From the NCBI GenBank assembly GCA_965644495.1, contig CBFFSA010000007.1, forward strand, positions 830,001 through 894,000: DNA of 64,000 bases, written 5' to 3'. The position numbers and the translations under genes are program-made. Shown piece by piece: positions 40,501 to 49,865 of this stretch. The notes below the pieces were generated by a model, which was not told the DNA's origin, searched no databases, and worked only from the letters and a program-made list of their open reading frames with translations. Position 1 is the first letter of the stretch. Each line of letters starts with the position of its first letter. Source of the DNA: Perkinsela sp. CCAP 1560/9 (lineage: Eukaryota; Protista; Euglenozoa: Kinetoplastea).

Positions 40501-42452
40501 TGCAAAATCCTAACCGCAAATTTCACCAGTAGCAGTGTATTAGAATGCCACAAAATGTTTGGCATTAGTACACGCGCGAGGCGCGCAATATCCCTTTGGG
40601 ACTCTCTTGGTACGTCCGCGCAACAGTATAACAAGTGACAAACCCGAACGATATTGGTGCATTCGGAATCATTCATCAGAAAAGATCGTTTAGGTGAAAC
40701 GTTCAACTGAGCATTCAATAAATTGGAAAGTTTTCGTATCACTGCGTTGATGCCGTCCAAATTCCGGAGCTTTGTATAGAAGACAACGAGTTTCGTTCCC
40801 AATGAGCTCTTCAGAAAACAACAAAGTCCACCAAGACTTGAAATTATTTTTGCTAGAAACTCTTCATCGAGCGCATGACTTTTGGTCAACTTCAGCTCAT
40901 GTATTGTTGACTCGTTCAGATGCATCTGACTAAGGATGCATGACACGGCGTCAATTCGGCGGTCTTGATTGTTCAACGTCTGTACAAGTGCAAGAACTGT
41001 TTCGTACATTTTTTTATTTAGTAGCCCATGTACTAAACTCCTCATGGAATCGTGGTCCGCATCGTTAAAATATCCTTTCGTAAGGCAAAGCGTGATCATG
41101 CCTTGTAGGGATACGAGGCATATATCACTTTTGCTATTCAAGAAAATAAGCAACGTGTCGATATATTCTCGAGGCGCATACGACAGGCTTATAGCACTAT
41201 TCTTGAGAATTGATTTTGCTGCTGCAAAAGCCGCTTTTTCTGTCGCACACGAAGTAGACTGCAGGCAAGAAGGGTTTTCTTTCGCAATATTCCAGGGTAG
41301 ACTAGTGATGGCTAAGGCGGCACGTAATAGTGGTGTGCAACTTGATGCGTTTCGGTTGTTTAATATTAATTCCACAAGCTCATGTCCGGATCGTGACGCC
41401 TCCGACACGTAAAAAAGTCTTTGCGTGAGCGATTTGGAAAGGATTGAGGAATGAATAAGCGCTTTGGTGATTGTGGTAGATGAGTGCAACAGTCTGCATT
41501 CGGCGAAAGTCTGCAAAATGGTTGAGGACTGCTCTGATGTGAATTGATGACTCAGTCGGAGAGCCTGCACACTGAGACTAGCAAGCTCTTTTGATAGTCC
41601 GTAGTGACTCAATGCAAAGCACAGACGCGTATAGTCGCGAACGTCGAGGTATCCCACACCGTGAAGTAGCGCCCAGGTTATCCAGTTCGGTAAGTTATCA
41701 CTAGAAAGACCAAGAAAAGCGTAACAATAAAGACAATTGATCAAATCTTTAATTAGTTGAGAAGAAACAGTCTTTGCCGAAAGAGATCTGAAATTTCGGA
41801 GTAAGCAGAGAGCAAAATGCACCTGTACTTCCGTCGCTGTAATAGAAGGAAATTCTTTACAGACTTTAATCATGGATTGCGAATGAAATCTTATTTTCTG
41901 CGCCGTCGAGAGTTTATTCTTTTCACCTTCTAGATCTGCCCAGGTGACATTTCCCAGGGGTTTGACTTCGCTAACGCCCACATCATTGGTTTTGCTCAAG
42001 TTCTCCACTCTCTGCAATGAATCTTTTCGCGCTCCTTGGGTGGAGAAATTTTCATTTTTCTTGTTCACTCTTCTTGTGTTCGAGTATGGTATTTTGGAAT
42101 CGAGCGTTGCACCCGTTGAGTTCTGGTTCATTAAGTGCCACCTCCCTTGAGTAGCTCCAGATGCACCGCGTGGCATTCGTTCAGTACTTGATGAACGGAA
42201 ACCCTGTTTTGTTGAACGATCGCCAAATGTCTTGTTTTGAGAAAAGCGTGAATCCTTTTTCGCAGGTGCGTTGGCGTAGAAAAGACGTGTAAGCCGCCAA
42301 AGATGCGTGTGCAACGTCGGCTCATTAAATTCGGTGCCAGTATTCCTAGTGGCGGATAATACAATGGCGTGTACTCGAGAAAGAGACGAAGCACAAGACA
42401 CTGACCTCTGAGCTACCGCTAGTAAATTTGATCTGTCCATAGATATTCGCAA
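37518..42452 (-). CDS. Large helical-repeat hypothetical protein (1644 aa), possibly mitochondrial RNA-binding
   Basis: Uninterrupted long ORF with Leu-rich degenerate ~35-40-aa repeats and a basic Ser/Arg N-terminus. Confidence 0.7.
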   Translation of the reverse strand: MRISMDRSNLLAVAQRSVSCASSLSRVHAIVLSATRNTGTEFNEPTLHTHLWRLTRLFYANAPAKKDSRFSQNKTFGDRSTKQGFRSSSTERMPRGASGATQGRWHLMNQNSTGATLDSKIPYSNTRRVNKKNENFSTQGARKDSLQRVENLSKTNDVGVSEVKPLGNVTWADLEGEKNKLSTAQKIRFHSQSMIKVCKEFPSITATEVQVHFALCLLRNFRSLSAKTVSSQLIKDLINCLYCYAFLGLSSDNLPNWITWALLHGVGYLDVRDYTRLCFALSHYGLSKELASLSVQALRLSHQFTSEQSSTILQTFAECRLLHSSTTITKALIHSSILSKSLTQRLFYVSEASRSGHELVELILNNRNASSCTPLLRAALAITSLPWNIAKENPSCLQSTSCATEKAAFAAAKSILKNSAISLSYAPREYIDTLLIFLNSKSDICLVSLQGMITLCLTKGYFNDADHDSMRSLVHGLLNKKMYETVLALVQTLNNQDRRIDAVSCILSQMHLNESTIHELKLTKSHALDEEFLAKIISSLGGLCCFLKSSLGTKLVVFYTKLRNLDGINAVIRKLSNLLNAQLNVSPKRSFLMNDSECTNIVRVCHLLYCCADVPRESQRDIARLARVLMPNILWHSNTLLLVKFAVRILQDQDYSQHTHITQNMKIAIANKISPHDCLYLFQVFIKIVTPNKDILKALLEKIPIAVVAQTVPLSPFASNLYIDVLKDRRSEMTFRVIWPLLSDRSNYRLVSFQSLSQFVWAATHNDKKTAAVVLEVILAFGRRDAYDFEWISQDAHCLVYLRTKNMKDVAHMVYLLSRSETGVEILGTLMKVIEPFVIQCIRSKSLDASEIPFLIRGVFLQAKWKSENIRKEIDNAYFSTRGLLKSDSTIQTAYAYTVLGYPSVKCIKQLSSLILTNGFAESISWIASIAKQFSITLDRDLQDACISRLREIEINPVQLARILNSWESLNSEKDLDFAEFSSSLVCCTSFEEYSASTLTNLIVQLVRHSYDAREEVKIHLIKSFHQISLNEENIGSVVLCLSRIGADLSNTTQKTVRILKTGSHLSSQQLGYLLKAYTKGEEMSCRVVEAILPHMHRLLPSMNSMEFTQFCLPMFRYENLPYEVGELLCGSMEKKLPLLSSAQATRMCAAVGQPYFHDANLLHDLKQKVFPGVQILKLQELVVFMANECMNHSPDEMLLLRKCFHRLLKEGTAMDCNWSLQTLSKAPRRVGISQILWILRDLAPRLNGYEVTTLLSTLAACGICESTEVWQPLVDRLRTISGTSWKGNHLLTLMNTMLRYQEKIQQPLHNIIKVLLEKCVINGSFLVQIIDFCHRWAALLQPHTVMLIGEYALSFAKGSHPRKDIVLSLCAASKLPGLDLGNMKNQLTYLCSALQGEDMATVLLYHPCAAQYLPLRDVQCTTLPWQDMNTLASIVNATCSTFDDNDEAHMSLSRKEILHHMETLINESMSSSSPEGEQETRYAITPTSATMIVRAYDGADLPKLLRITKLILTRGRTIMFRVPSSLCLEALRSVTQLQKSSFAETYQMLDTVVPNLTHRTLEALDTFSFATLTDLLSTLQALDIDDEEAVVKVLRRILECKDAVLNYPEKLPSLLASIEYFGPHLARRTYTTLQRLHAIPQLF

Positions 42453-42904
42453 GTGTTCCTAATCGATTAACGGTGAAACGCTTACTTATTGTTTATGCAT
42501 ATTTTCTAGTTTCAAAATTTAGATATTAGGAAAAAGGCCTTTGACGGACACGAGGTTGTCTATGCAACGAAATTACTAACGTCAATGCATCACCCAACGC
42601 CATATTCTTTTCGCCATGCGATACAGATTTCAAAATTTTAAGGAGATTGGAGAAAACTAATGTACTTTTTTTGTGCTATTTTTACAACGTACACTGAACG
42701 CATTGATCAAGTAAGCAAATATTCAGCTTATGCGAATACATGAGTCTAATGCAGAACGAATCCTCGCTTCGAATTCTTTTAAAAGACAGGTCAACATAAC
42801 ATCATCGCAAACGGCTTTAAAAACAATCATAACCACGTGACATACATACAGGAACATAAATGTATACCTAATCTTTCAAACGGAATACAGGCGCGTCGCG
42901 TGTT

Positions 42905-45670
42905 CTACTCGACCTTCACATAATACAGCTCATTGGTCGCGGGATGAAACCACGTAGTATTATCTTCCTCACCCACACGGTAAAAATAGTACTGTTTTCC
43001 CATTGAATTCTTTTGAAACGTCCACCCCTCCGGAAGCACCGGAAAGTCCGCACAGGACTCCGGTACTTTCCGCTCTGCCGCACGCTCCTCTCCTCCCTTT
43101 TCCTTCTCTTCCCTCCTCCCCGTATTCCCCTCCACCCCCCTCGGTGGCGACCTCTCTCGGGTTCGCCTCTCCTCCCTGTGGTATCGCCCTCCTTCCTCTT
43201 TGCCGCCATATGACCGCTGTCTCTCCTCATAGTCCCTCTCCCCATACCCTGTCCGTCGCCGTACCTCGCGACCGTACCTCCCCTCTCCCTCCTCCCCCCT
43301 TCGTCGGTCATAGCGCTCTCGACTTACGCGCTCTCGACTTCTTCTCTCACGGGAGCGGTCCCGACCGGACCGTCGATGACGACTGTACGACCGACGGGTC
43401 TCCCGTGAAGGGGTTGAGCGTCGCGTATCAGAGGTACGCGTCGTCCACCTCTTCGTCTTCGAAGGACTCCTGTCGTACGGACCGCTTCCCTTATGATCCA
43501 ATGAGGAGGGGATCACAGGATTTGAAGGCGGATCCCTCTGAGCCTCACTACGGCTGTGAGCTCTTCCCTCACGCGATCCTGTGGAGGCCGTGGTCACAGG
43601 ATCCGTGGACTCCCCCCGTTTAGATTCACACCTACGGTTCGGACCACTTTCTTTGTGATGCGAACCGTAGGAGGAGGAGAGTTCGGGATGGGAAGATTCG
43701 TTTGGTTTATGCGTTTCCCTTTGTTGTTCTCTTGTTTCGTTCTCTCCCTTTTCATGCTGTCCTGGTTCTCGGTAGTGTCGAGAAGAGGAAGGGGAAGAAG
43801 TAGTAGAAGAGGAATAAGCAGAGGCATCGGGTCGTGCCCGCTCCTCTGGGTACGCGTGTACCCGGGAGTGGTCTCTGCTGTGGTCTCTGGTGTCTCGAGG
43901 GGGGTAGCGGTGGTCCGTGCTTGTTGCTGGAGCGTGTCTGCGGTCTGTAGGGTTTACCGCAGGATGGTTTCGTTGGTTATACGAAGGGGGTAGGGGGCGA
44001 GCGCCCCAACGGGAGGAGGGAGGAGGGGGAGGCCCATGGGATGGATGCCACCCTCGGGAATCTGGAGGATAAGACCGGCCGCCGTGGGGAGGGTAGGACA
44101 TAGGGGGGTAGGCGACATAGGCTCCTGTGCGATGGTGAGGAGGAGGAGGAGGAGGAGCATGACCTCGAGGGGGGAGGGATCCGGGATATCCATGCACTCT
44201 GCCGCCGTCCGATCGACCTCGAGGGGAGGGGGCGGGGGGAGGTGGTGGAGGGGGCGCAGCGGCTTGGGCGGCTCGTTGGGCGGCTATTCGCTCTTGCTGC
44301 TCACGGGCTCGCCTTTCAGCGTGCTCGCGGATGGGGTCTCCCGGGAGTCGTGATGGGGTGGTGAGCATTTTACCCTTCGTCTTGGATTCTTGTAACAACA
44401 AGGCGCGAAGATCCTCCACGACGCCGTAGAAGCTGATATTCAGCCCGCTGTCGACCGTTTGCAACAACGCTTGGGACGCACTTTGGGGGTCTTGAAACTG
44501 AATAATAGCTACGGGAAAGTACTCGTCGGGTAGGAAGGAGGCGCTAACATAACCTTCACACTCTTGAAACATGTACTGTACATCTTCCAGACCAACATTT
44601 TCGGCGATGTTTCGCAAGACAAGCGAATCACTTCTGCGGTCAAGATCCCAGGTAGAGATGCTCAAGTCTTCCACATTTTTCGGCATTCTATACGGGTCAT
44701 AAATAGATGCAGCGCCCAGCTGCTTGGAACACACTTCATCCTTCAGATGTGCGTAGCGACACTCCGCGCCCATGCGACAGACCATCTTTTTTTTCGGATC
44801 AAAACGTTTGCAAGGTCTAAGAAAAACACCTTTACCCGTCTGGCCTTTGCTAAGAAAGTACTCGCTAATCCCCTCCGTGTGCAGTAGCTCATCTGTGCTA
44901 AACAACATCTGCCCACGCGGTGTGTCTACACTTACCGGCAATGGAGGATCCTCCAACCGAGTCCTCACAGGCTCCTCGTTGGAAATCGACGGGTTTCGTC
45001 GCGCGGTCTGGGCTTTCTCGAATGCCTCGCCCAGACCCCCGAAGGATGTGTGGCAGAGTACAATATCGTAGTACCGTCGATTTTGGTCAACAAAGAAATT
45101 GGGGCGATTAGGTAGGTTGTGTACTTTGGCGACCTGCTCCGCCCTTTCTGTGGTGTCAAGGTAAATACACATCCAGGCCCAGCGTGGCTCAGCACAATCC
45201 GGGTCGGGGCACATAGGCTCCATTAGACGAAGATGGGGGCGAAAGGTCGCACTAATGTAGTGAAAAACTGCGTGTTCGGTAAGATGTGACTGAGGAAGTG
45301 AACGAACACCAAACAGCACCGCTTTATCGAGCTTCTTTTCATAACCTGGTGTAGGTGCGTAGTAATGTACATTAGGATTTATCTCCTGAGGCGCTGACTC
45401 AGTGGCTGGGGGTCCGGTAGAGTTTGAAACATTCTCGGATGTAGATACTGGTGGGGCGGTCTCAGAGATTTCTTCCTCCTTCGGTGTATTGTCTCCATTC
45501 ACAGCTTTTTCGGTGACGCATGATTTTTCCGGATTCACCCCACCCTCATCCTCCGGGTTTTGCGCTGGTTCTGATGCGGTGTATGACTTGATGTCATCGT
45601 GGGGTGCCTCTTGAATAATCTCGGAGTCCGGGGTGTCAAGGCAGGGATGCGTCTCTTCGGGTTCTGACAT
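42905..45670 (-). CDS. RNA-binding protein with CCCH finger, RRM, Pro-rich and RS/RE-rich regions and a C-terminal WW domain
   Basis: CKRFDPKKKMVCRMGAECRYAH; SLVLRNI...VAIIQF; LPEGW...YYF...TTWFHP. Confidence 0.82.
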   Translation of the reverse strand: MSEPEETHPCLDTPDSEIIQEAPHDDIKSYTASEPAQNPEDEGGVNPEKSCVTEKAVNGDNTPKEEEISETAPPVSTSENVSNSTGPPATESAPQEINPNVHYYAPTPGYEKKLDKAVLFGVRSLPQSHLTEHAVFHYISATFRPHLRLMEPMCPDPDCAEPRWAWMCIYLDTTERAEQVAKVHNLPNRPNFFVDQNRRYYDIVLCHTSFGGLGEAFEKAQTARRNPSISNEEPVRTRLEDPPLPVSVDTPRGQMLFSTDELLHTEGISEYFLSKGQTGKGVFLRPCKRFDPKKKMVCRMGAECRYAHLKDEVCSKQLGAASIYDPYRMPKNVEDLSISTWDLDRRSDSLVLRNIAENVGLEDVQYMFQECEGYVSASFLPDEYFPVAIIQFQDPQSASQALLQTVDSGLNISFYGVVEDLRALLLQESKTKGKMLTTPSRLPGDPIREHAERRAREQQERIAAQRAAQAAAPPPPPPPAPSPRGRSDGGRVHGYPGSLPPRGHAPPPPPPHHRTGAYVAYPPMSYPPHGGRSYPPDSRGWHPSHGPPPPPSSRWGARPLPPSYNQRNHPAVNPTDRRHAPATSTDHRYPPRDTRDHSRDHSRVHAYPEERARPDASAYSSSTTSSPSSSRHYREPGQHEKGENETREQQRETHKPNESSHPELSSSYGSHHKESGPNRRCESKRGESTDPVTTASTGSREGRAHSRSEAQRDPPSNPVIPSSLDHKGSGPYDRSPSKTKRWTTRTSDTRRSTPSRETRRSYSRHRRSGRDRSRERRSRERVSRERYDRRRGEEGEGRYGREVRRRTGYGERDYEERQRSYGGKEEGGRYHREERRTRERSPPRGVEGNTGRREEKEKGGEERAAERKVPESCADFPVLPEGWTFQKNSMGKQYYFYRVGEEDNTTWFHPATNELYYVKVE

Positions 45671-45914
45671 TGTCTGTATGAGGAAGTTTAATCACTATTT
45701 CTAACAACAAACATCGAATGTTAACCCGTATAAAGTTTATACATCCGTACAGCATCTACAGTACATCGCCGTATTAATAGGAGGTTTATTCTCAAAACAC
45801 CTCTCTTTGAAAGAAGCGGTCGACGTACGTCATTAGTATAAATCATTAAAATAGAGGAACATGGGATGAGAAACAGAAAAATCATGCTTGTTTTCGGCTT
45901 CCACCAGTGTACCT

Positions 45915-47048
45915 CTACTTCTCATACTGTCGTATAATCTCAAGGATTGGTCGAAACCATTCCGAGAGATCCAGCGGGTCCCCTCGGTGTGTCGCCTCTA
46001 CCAGCGTTCGTAGTGTCGGGGGGTCCATCGTTGGGTCAAATGTGTCAACCGTATGCTCGGGAATCGGGCAGCATAGCCGACCCGTTCCCGGGTGTATCAC
46101 CAGAGGACTTTTCAACAAGTGGTTTCGCATGCGTGAAACATTCACGTCAAGTCGGGGATAGGTAGTGGCCAGCACAAGTCCCTCCACAGCCCATAATAAA
46201 TTGTGCGACTTGGCAGTTGCACACAGATCGGAGTAGCGTAGACCATGTCGGTCCAAAGCCTCTACTACTCTCTCCACGTTCTTGAGACCAGACGCCACAC
46301 GCAACAGGTATGCAGAGAGTGCCTGGCGAGTTTTCTCATTGCTTGCGACGCAGTTCTTATTGCTTGGGTTAAGATAAGTGGCCTCAAAGCTGTTCGCGAG
46401 GTGTTTCTCCAGTACAAGACGAATACTGGGGTGCAGCCATCCTTTTTTTCGTAGCTCCGTGTCGCAGTTCGTTGCGAAACTAAATGGGTCTGTGCCACCC
46501 TCGTATACCGTGAGGTACCCGACGAGCGCATTTCGCTCATCGTCGGTCAGTTGTCGTGCACTCTCGTCACATACCCAGGCATGAACACCACGACGACCAC
46601 TGTACACCCAGAACAGTTGCGAGAAGCCTAAATCATGTCGAATCAGCTCGGACAAGGCGTGGACGGCACTTGCGATCAGAGGCCAACACTCGACGCAGAT
46701 GGTCTTCTCCGAGCAACAATCGCGTACATTGTCGTAGTCGCTGATGTCGATGTCGAACACAAGTTCACGTTGTTCGGGAGTGAGTGTGAGGGCACCTTTG
46801 CGCTCACACGGATGGGAGAAAATCGCGCCAAAGTCAATCTTTTCCGGTACCATCCGGATTAACTCCGCGTGCAGAGCATCGGCGTTGGGAAAGGTCATAA
46901 AGCGCTTGACAAAACTTCCCCCGGCAAAGCTAAACTCACGGTTTAAAAGTAGGGAGGGCACGCCGTACGATAGCCACTGCGAGATGAGCCTTACTGGAAA
47001 AATACGATTGTAATACTCCTGCAAGTCATTTTTATCCACCGCGGACAT
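45915..47048 (-). CDS. PRI1: DNA primase small (catalytic) subunit
   Basis: NREFSF, KIDFGA, ELVFDIDISDY, SGRRGVHAW, YPRLD...HLLKSP..HPGTG. Confidence 0.96.
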   Translation of the reverse strand: MSAVDKNDLQEYYNRIFPVRLISQWLSYGVPSLLLNREFSFAGGSFVKRFMTFPNADALHAELIRMVPEKIDFGAIFSHPCERKGALTLTPEQRELVFDIDISDYDNVRDCCSEKTICVECWPLIASAVHALSELIRHDLGFSQLFWVYSGRRGVHAWVCDESARQLTDDERNALVGYLTVYEGGTDPFSFATNCDTELRKKGWLHPSIRLVLEKHLANSFEATYLNPSNKNCVASNEKTRQALSAYLLRVASGLKNVERVVEALDRHGLRYSDLCATAKSHNLLWAVEGLVLATTYPRLDVNVSRMRNHLLKSPLVIHPGTGRLCCPIPEHTVDTFDPTMDPPTLRTLVEATHRGDPLDLSEWFRPILEIIRQYEK

Positions 47049-47205
47049 TGAAGAAAACGAAGTACGTGGAATGTAAAACTACGGAACCATTTCCTTAAAA
47101 TATAAACCGCCCAGAGACGTACAACTTACTGTATGCATTTAGAAATTTGTCAAAAGAAAGCTCAAAGAAATTATATGTAACTCGCAACTATACCATCCAT
47201 TTTCC

Positions 47206-48408
47206 CTACTCTGCATCCTCTGTGGGGGCGCCTTCCTCCATTCCTGTATCCTCATCGATGCAAATAAGATTCTCTTCTTCGTCGACACCTGCCATTTCCT
47301 TTGACTCGGCATTCGCCGCCGGCACGGGGTCTTGCGCATCCTTCCCCTTTCCCACCCCGAGCCTTGGTTGTACCCATTGAAACTGTTTCCGAAACGTCCG
47401 CGTGCGTTTCTTCTCATCCGCGTCCAACCTCTCCTGCACATACCGCACCCACCCCCTACACTTCCTCTTCGCCAACGCAATCGCCCTCTCCAACACCGCT
47501 CTCGACACCGCCACCCCTCCCACCTTGCTCACCCCACACAACTCCCCATGCGGATTCACCAACACCCGGATCACCGCCACCACCACCGCGGCCATCTCCC
47601 GATTCGTGGGATCCACCAACAACCCCTCCCCGGGGGTTACCCCAACACTCACACACAACGGCACATGGTGCATCACGAAACCCACAGGGTCACGTTCCGG
47701 GGCCACCCGTACCCCCGACCGAAACGGAAACTCCATTTCCCCGTTGTTGTTTTTTTTCTTCCTCTTTATCTTCCCTGTCCCCTCGCCTTGCTCCTCCCCC
47801 GCCCTCACCACCGCGGGTCGCCGAAAGTGCCGCAGGGCCGCCACCCCGCACAGCACCACGGCGTCCCACAGGTTCCCCTCATCGGCGAGCACCGTCACCT
47901 CCACCCGCACGCTCCCCACCACCTCCCCGGGGACCACCACGAGGAGGGAGGGGTCGAGGGCCCCGGAGGAGCGCACCACGTGCTCGAGGGTGGTGGTGAG
48001 GTCAAGGCAGAGGGGGGGGGAGGCGGAGGAACCACTACCACTCGTGGTGGGAGAAGAAGAAGACTTGGCCATCTTGGGGGTACTCATGAAGGCGGGGGGA
48101 GTGGTCGTCGTAGATAAGGAAGAAGATACAGAAGAGGCCGCGGGTAGGTGGGGGGAGAGGGTTACGGCGAACTCGAGGAGGCCGAGATGGGGGGACTCGG
48201 GGGGGGGCTCGACGAGGGTGTAGGCGACGGTGGCGGCGACGGTGGTGGCGCCGAGGGTGAGGGTGGTGGAGGCGGCGGTGGGGGTGGGGGGGAGGGTGAG
48301 GGTGAGGGGACGGTGCTGGGTGGGGGTGCGGAGGTCGTGGCGGAGGGGGGAGGGGGGGGAGAGGGCGGTGCGGAGGAGACGGGTGGAGGAGGGGGTGGGG
48401 ATGTCCAT
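47206..48408 (-). CDS. RRP45: Exosome RNase PH-like subunit Rrp45
   Basis: LGATTV, SGALD..LVVVPGE, DEGNLWDA...AALRHFRRP, HHVPLCVS, VDPTNRE, ELCGVSKVGG. Probable start MDIPT at 48408. Confidence 0.88.
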   Translation of the reverse strand: MDIPTPSSTRLLRTALSPPSPLRHDLRTPTQHRPLTLTLPPTPTAASTTLTLGATTVAATVAYTLVEPPPESPHLGLLEFAVTLSPHLPAASSVSSSLSTTTTPPAFMSTPKMAKSSSSPTTSGSGSSASPPLCLDLTTTLEHVVRSSGALDPSLLVVVPGEVVGSVRVEVTVLADEGNLWDAVVLCGVAALRHFRRPAVVRAGEEQGEGTGKIKRKKKNNNGEMEFPFRSGVRVAPERDPVGFVMHHVPLCVSVGVTPGEGLLVDPTNREMAAVVVAVIRVLVNPHGELCGVSKVGGVAVSRAVLERAIALAKRKCRGWVRYVQERLDADEKKRTRTFRKQFQWVQPRLGVGKGKDAQDPVPAANAESKEMAGVDEEENLICIDEDTGMEEGAPTEDAE

Positions 48409-48580
48409 GGAGGGGAGAGGGGAGGGGAGGGAAGGGAAGAGGAAAGGAAAACGGGTTGCTATTTTGGAGGAAAAACGGAGGGTAGAATGGGATAGAGAGA
48501 GAAAAAATCGAAGTGCAAAAAAGTGAATGATTTTCAGTTTTATTTTAGACAAAATATCCGCTACAAGGACTGAACCTGGT

Positions 48581-49267
48581 TTAGTCTAATCGTAGTTTTT
48601 GAAGTAACAGGTCTCGAAACTGCTCTATGCTGGGGTCCGTACTGCCGCACTCCTCCCACCCCACCATGCGATCGATGCAGTTGTCGTCACGAAAGAAAAC
48701 GACACAGGGCAGTACCGTGACGCCGAGCTTGTCGGTGAGAAAGGGAGATTTCTCTGCGTTAATTTTTACGAATCGTATGGACCGCATTTCCGGTGCCGTC
48801 AGAGACAGCAGGCGGTCCATCTTCTCACACGTGGAAAACTTGGGGTGAAAAAAGTGAATCACGGCACAATCACTACCCCCGTAGGTACGCAACACGACGC
48901 GAAAAAACTCATCCTCGGTAATCTCGCAATAACCTCCGTGATGGGCGGCTTGCTCTACTTTTCGCTTCAGTGCGGCTGCCCTCTCTGCCCTCCAGAGCCG
49001 CAGCTCACTTTCTTCCTCGTCCATCCTGGTTTCTGTGTCACCGGATGGAGAGGAAGTTTTCCGATCTGACTTTCCATACGTGTAGGTCTCCTGTTTTGAA
49101 TCCTGTGGTGTGGTACGAGGGAGCAGGTGCGCAGCGGTTGGAATCACATCCCCCAAGGGGTCGCGCGTCGCAATGTAAGATTCAGACTTCATTTGTTCAA
49201 TCGCCCCTTGGAGGGCATGTCCTGCGTCTACATTGGCCGATTCTGAAAGTAAGCCGCTTGATTTCAT
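48581..49267 (-). CDS. Phosducin-like protein 3 / TXNDC9
   Basis: WRAERAAALK, HGGYCEI..DEFF, VIHFFHPKFSTC, FVKINAEKSPFL..KLGV.VLP. Confidence 0.88.
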   Translation of the reverse strand: MKSSGLLSESANVDAGHALQGAIEQMKSESYIATRDPLGDVIPTAAHLLPRTTPQDSKQETYTYGKSDRKTSSPSGDTETRMDEEESELRLWRAERAAALKRKVEQAAHHGGYCEITEDEFFRVVLRTYGGSDCAVIHFFHPKFSTCEKMDRLLSLTAPEMRSIRFVKINAEKSPFLTDKLGVTVLPCVVFFRDDNCIDRMVGWEECGSTDPSIEQFRDLLLQKLRLD

Positions 49268-49865
49268 TGTGATGTTGAATACTGGAAAAATAGTTTTGCT
49301 TGAAGGTTTTGCTTTCACGGCGCAAGTAAAATAAAGAATGATGATTGGTACGTGAATATTCGTAAATATACAAATCTCATATCCGTGCGGTCAGTACGAG
49401 CCAGGTTACGCCAAGAATACTTGGACGAAGCACTACTGAATTAAACGAATATTTGTGTCAATGAAACAGAGGAAATAACGACAAGTTGAAAATGACAAGA
49501 TCTCGAATGTTAAACAAACTTCAGTTTTGTGCAACTAAGAATCTTACTTACCACAACCGAAAAAGTTTTTGTAAAGAACGCTTATTTAATAATTAAGCCC
49601 ATGGCAAAAAAATGAAGAATGCGAGTTATTTATAACTTGGTCGCCCTAACTCCTTTTTTCTGGGTGCAGCACACGATTCATGGAGCGATTGGCCTACTGC
49701 TACGGCTTGCAGTATTTTTGTCTTTCTAATATTTAGCCTATTTTTTAACGAAAAGGCATACATCTTTTTTTTCAAAGAATTGCTGTTTTCGAAAGAGGCA
49801 TCAAAAATAAATGAATTTTCTCTAGTACACGTATTCGGGGTCGTGTATTTCCCCATTACTTCACT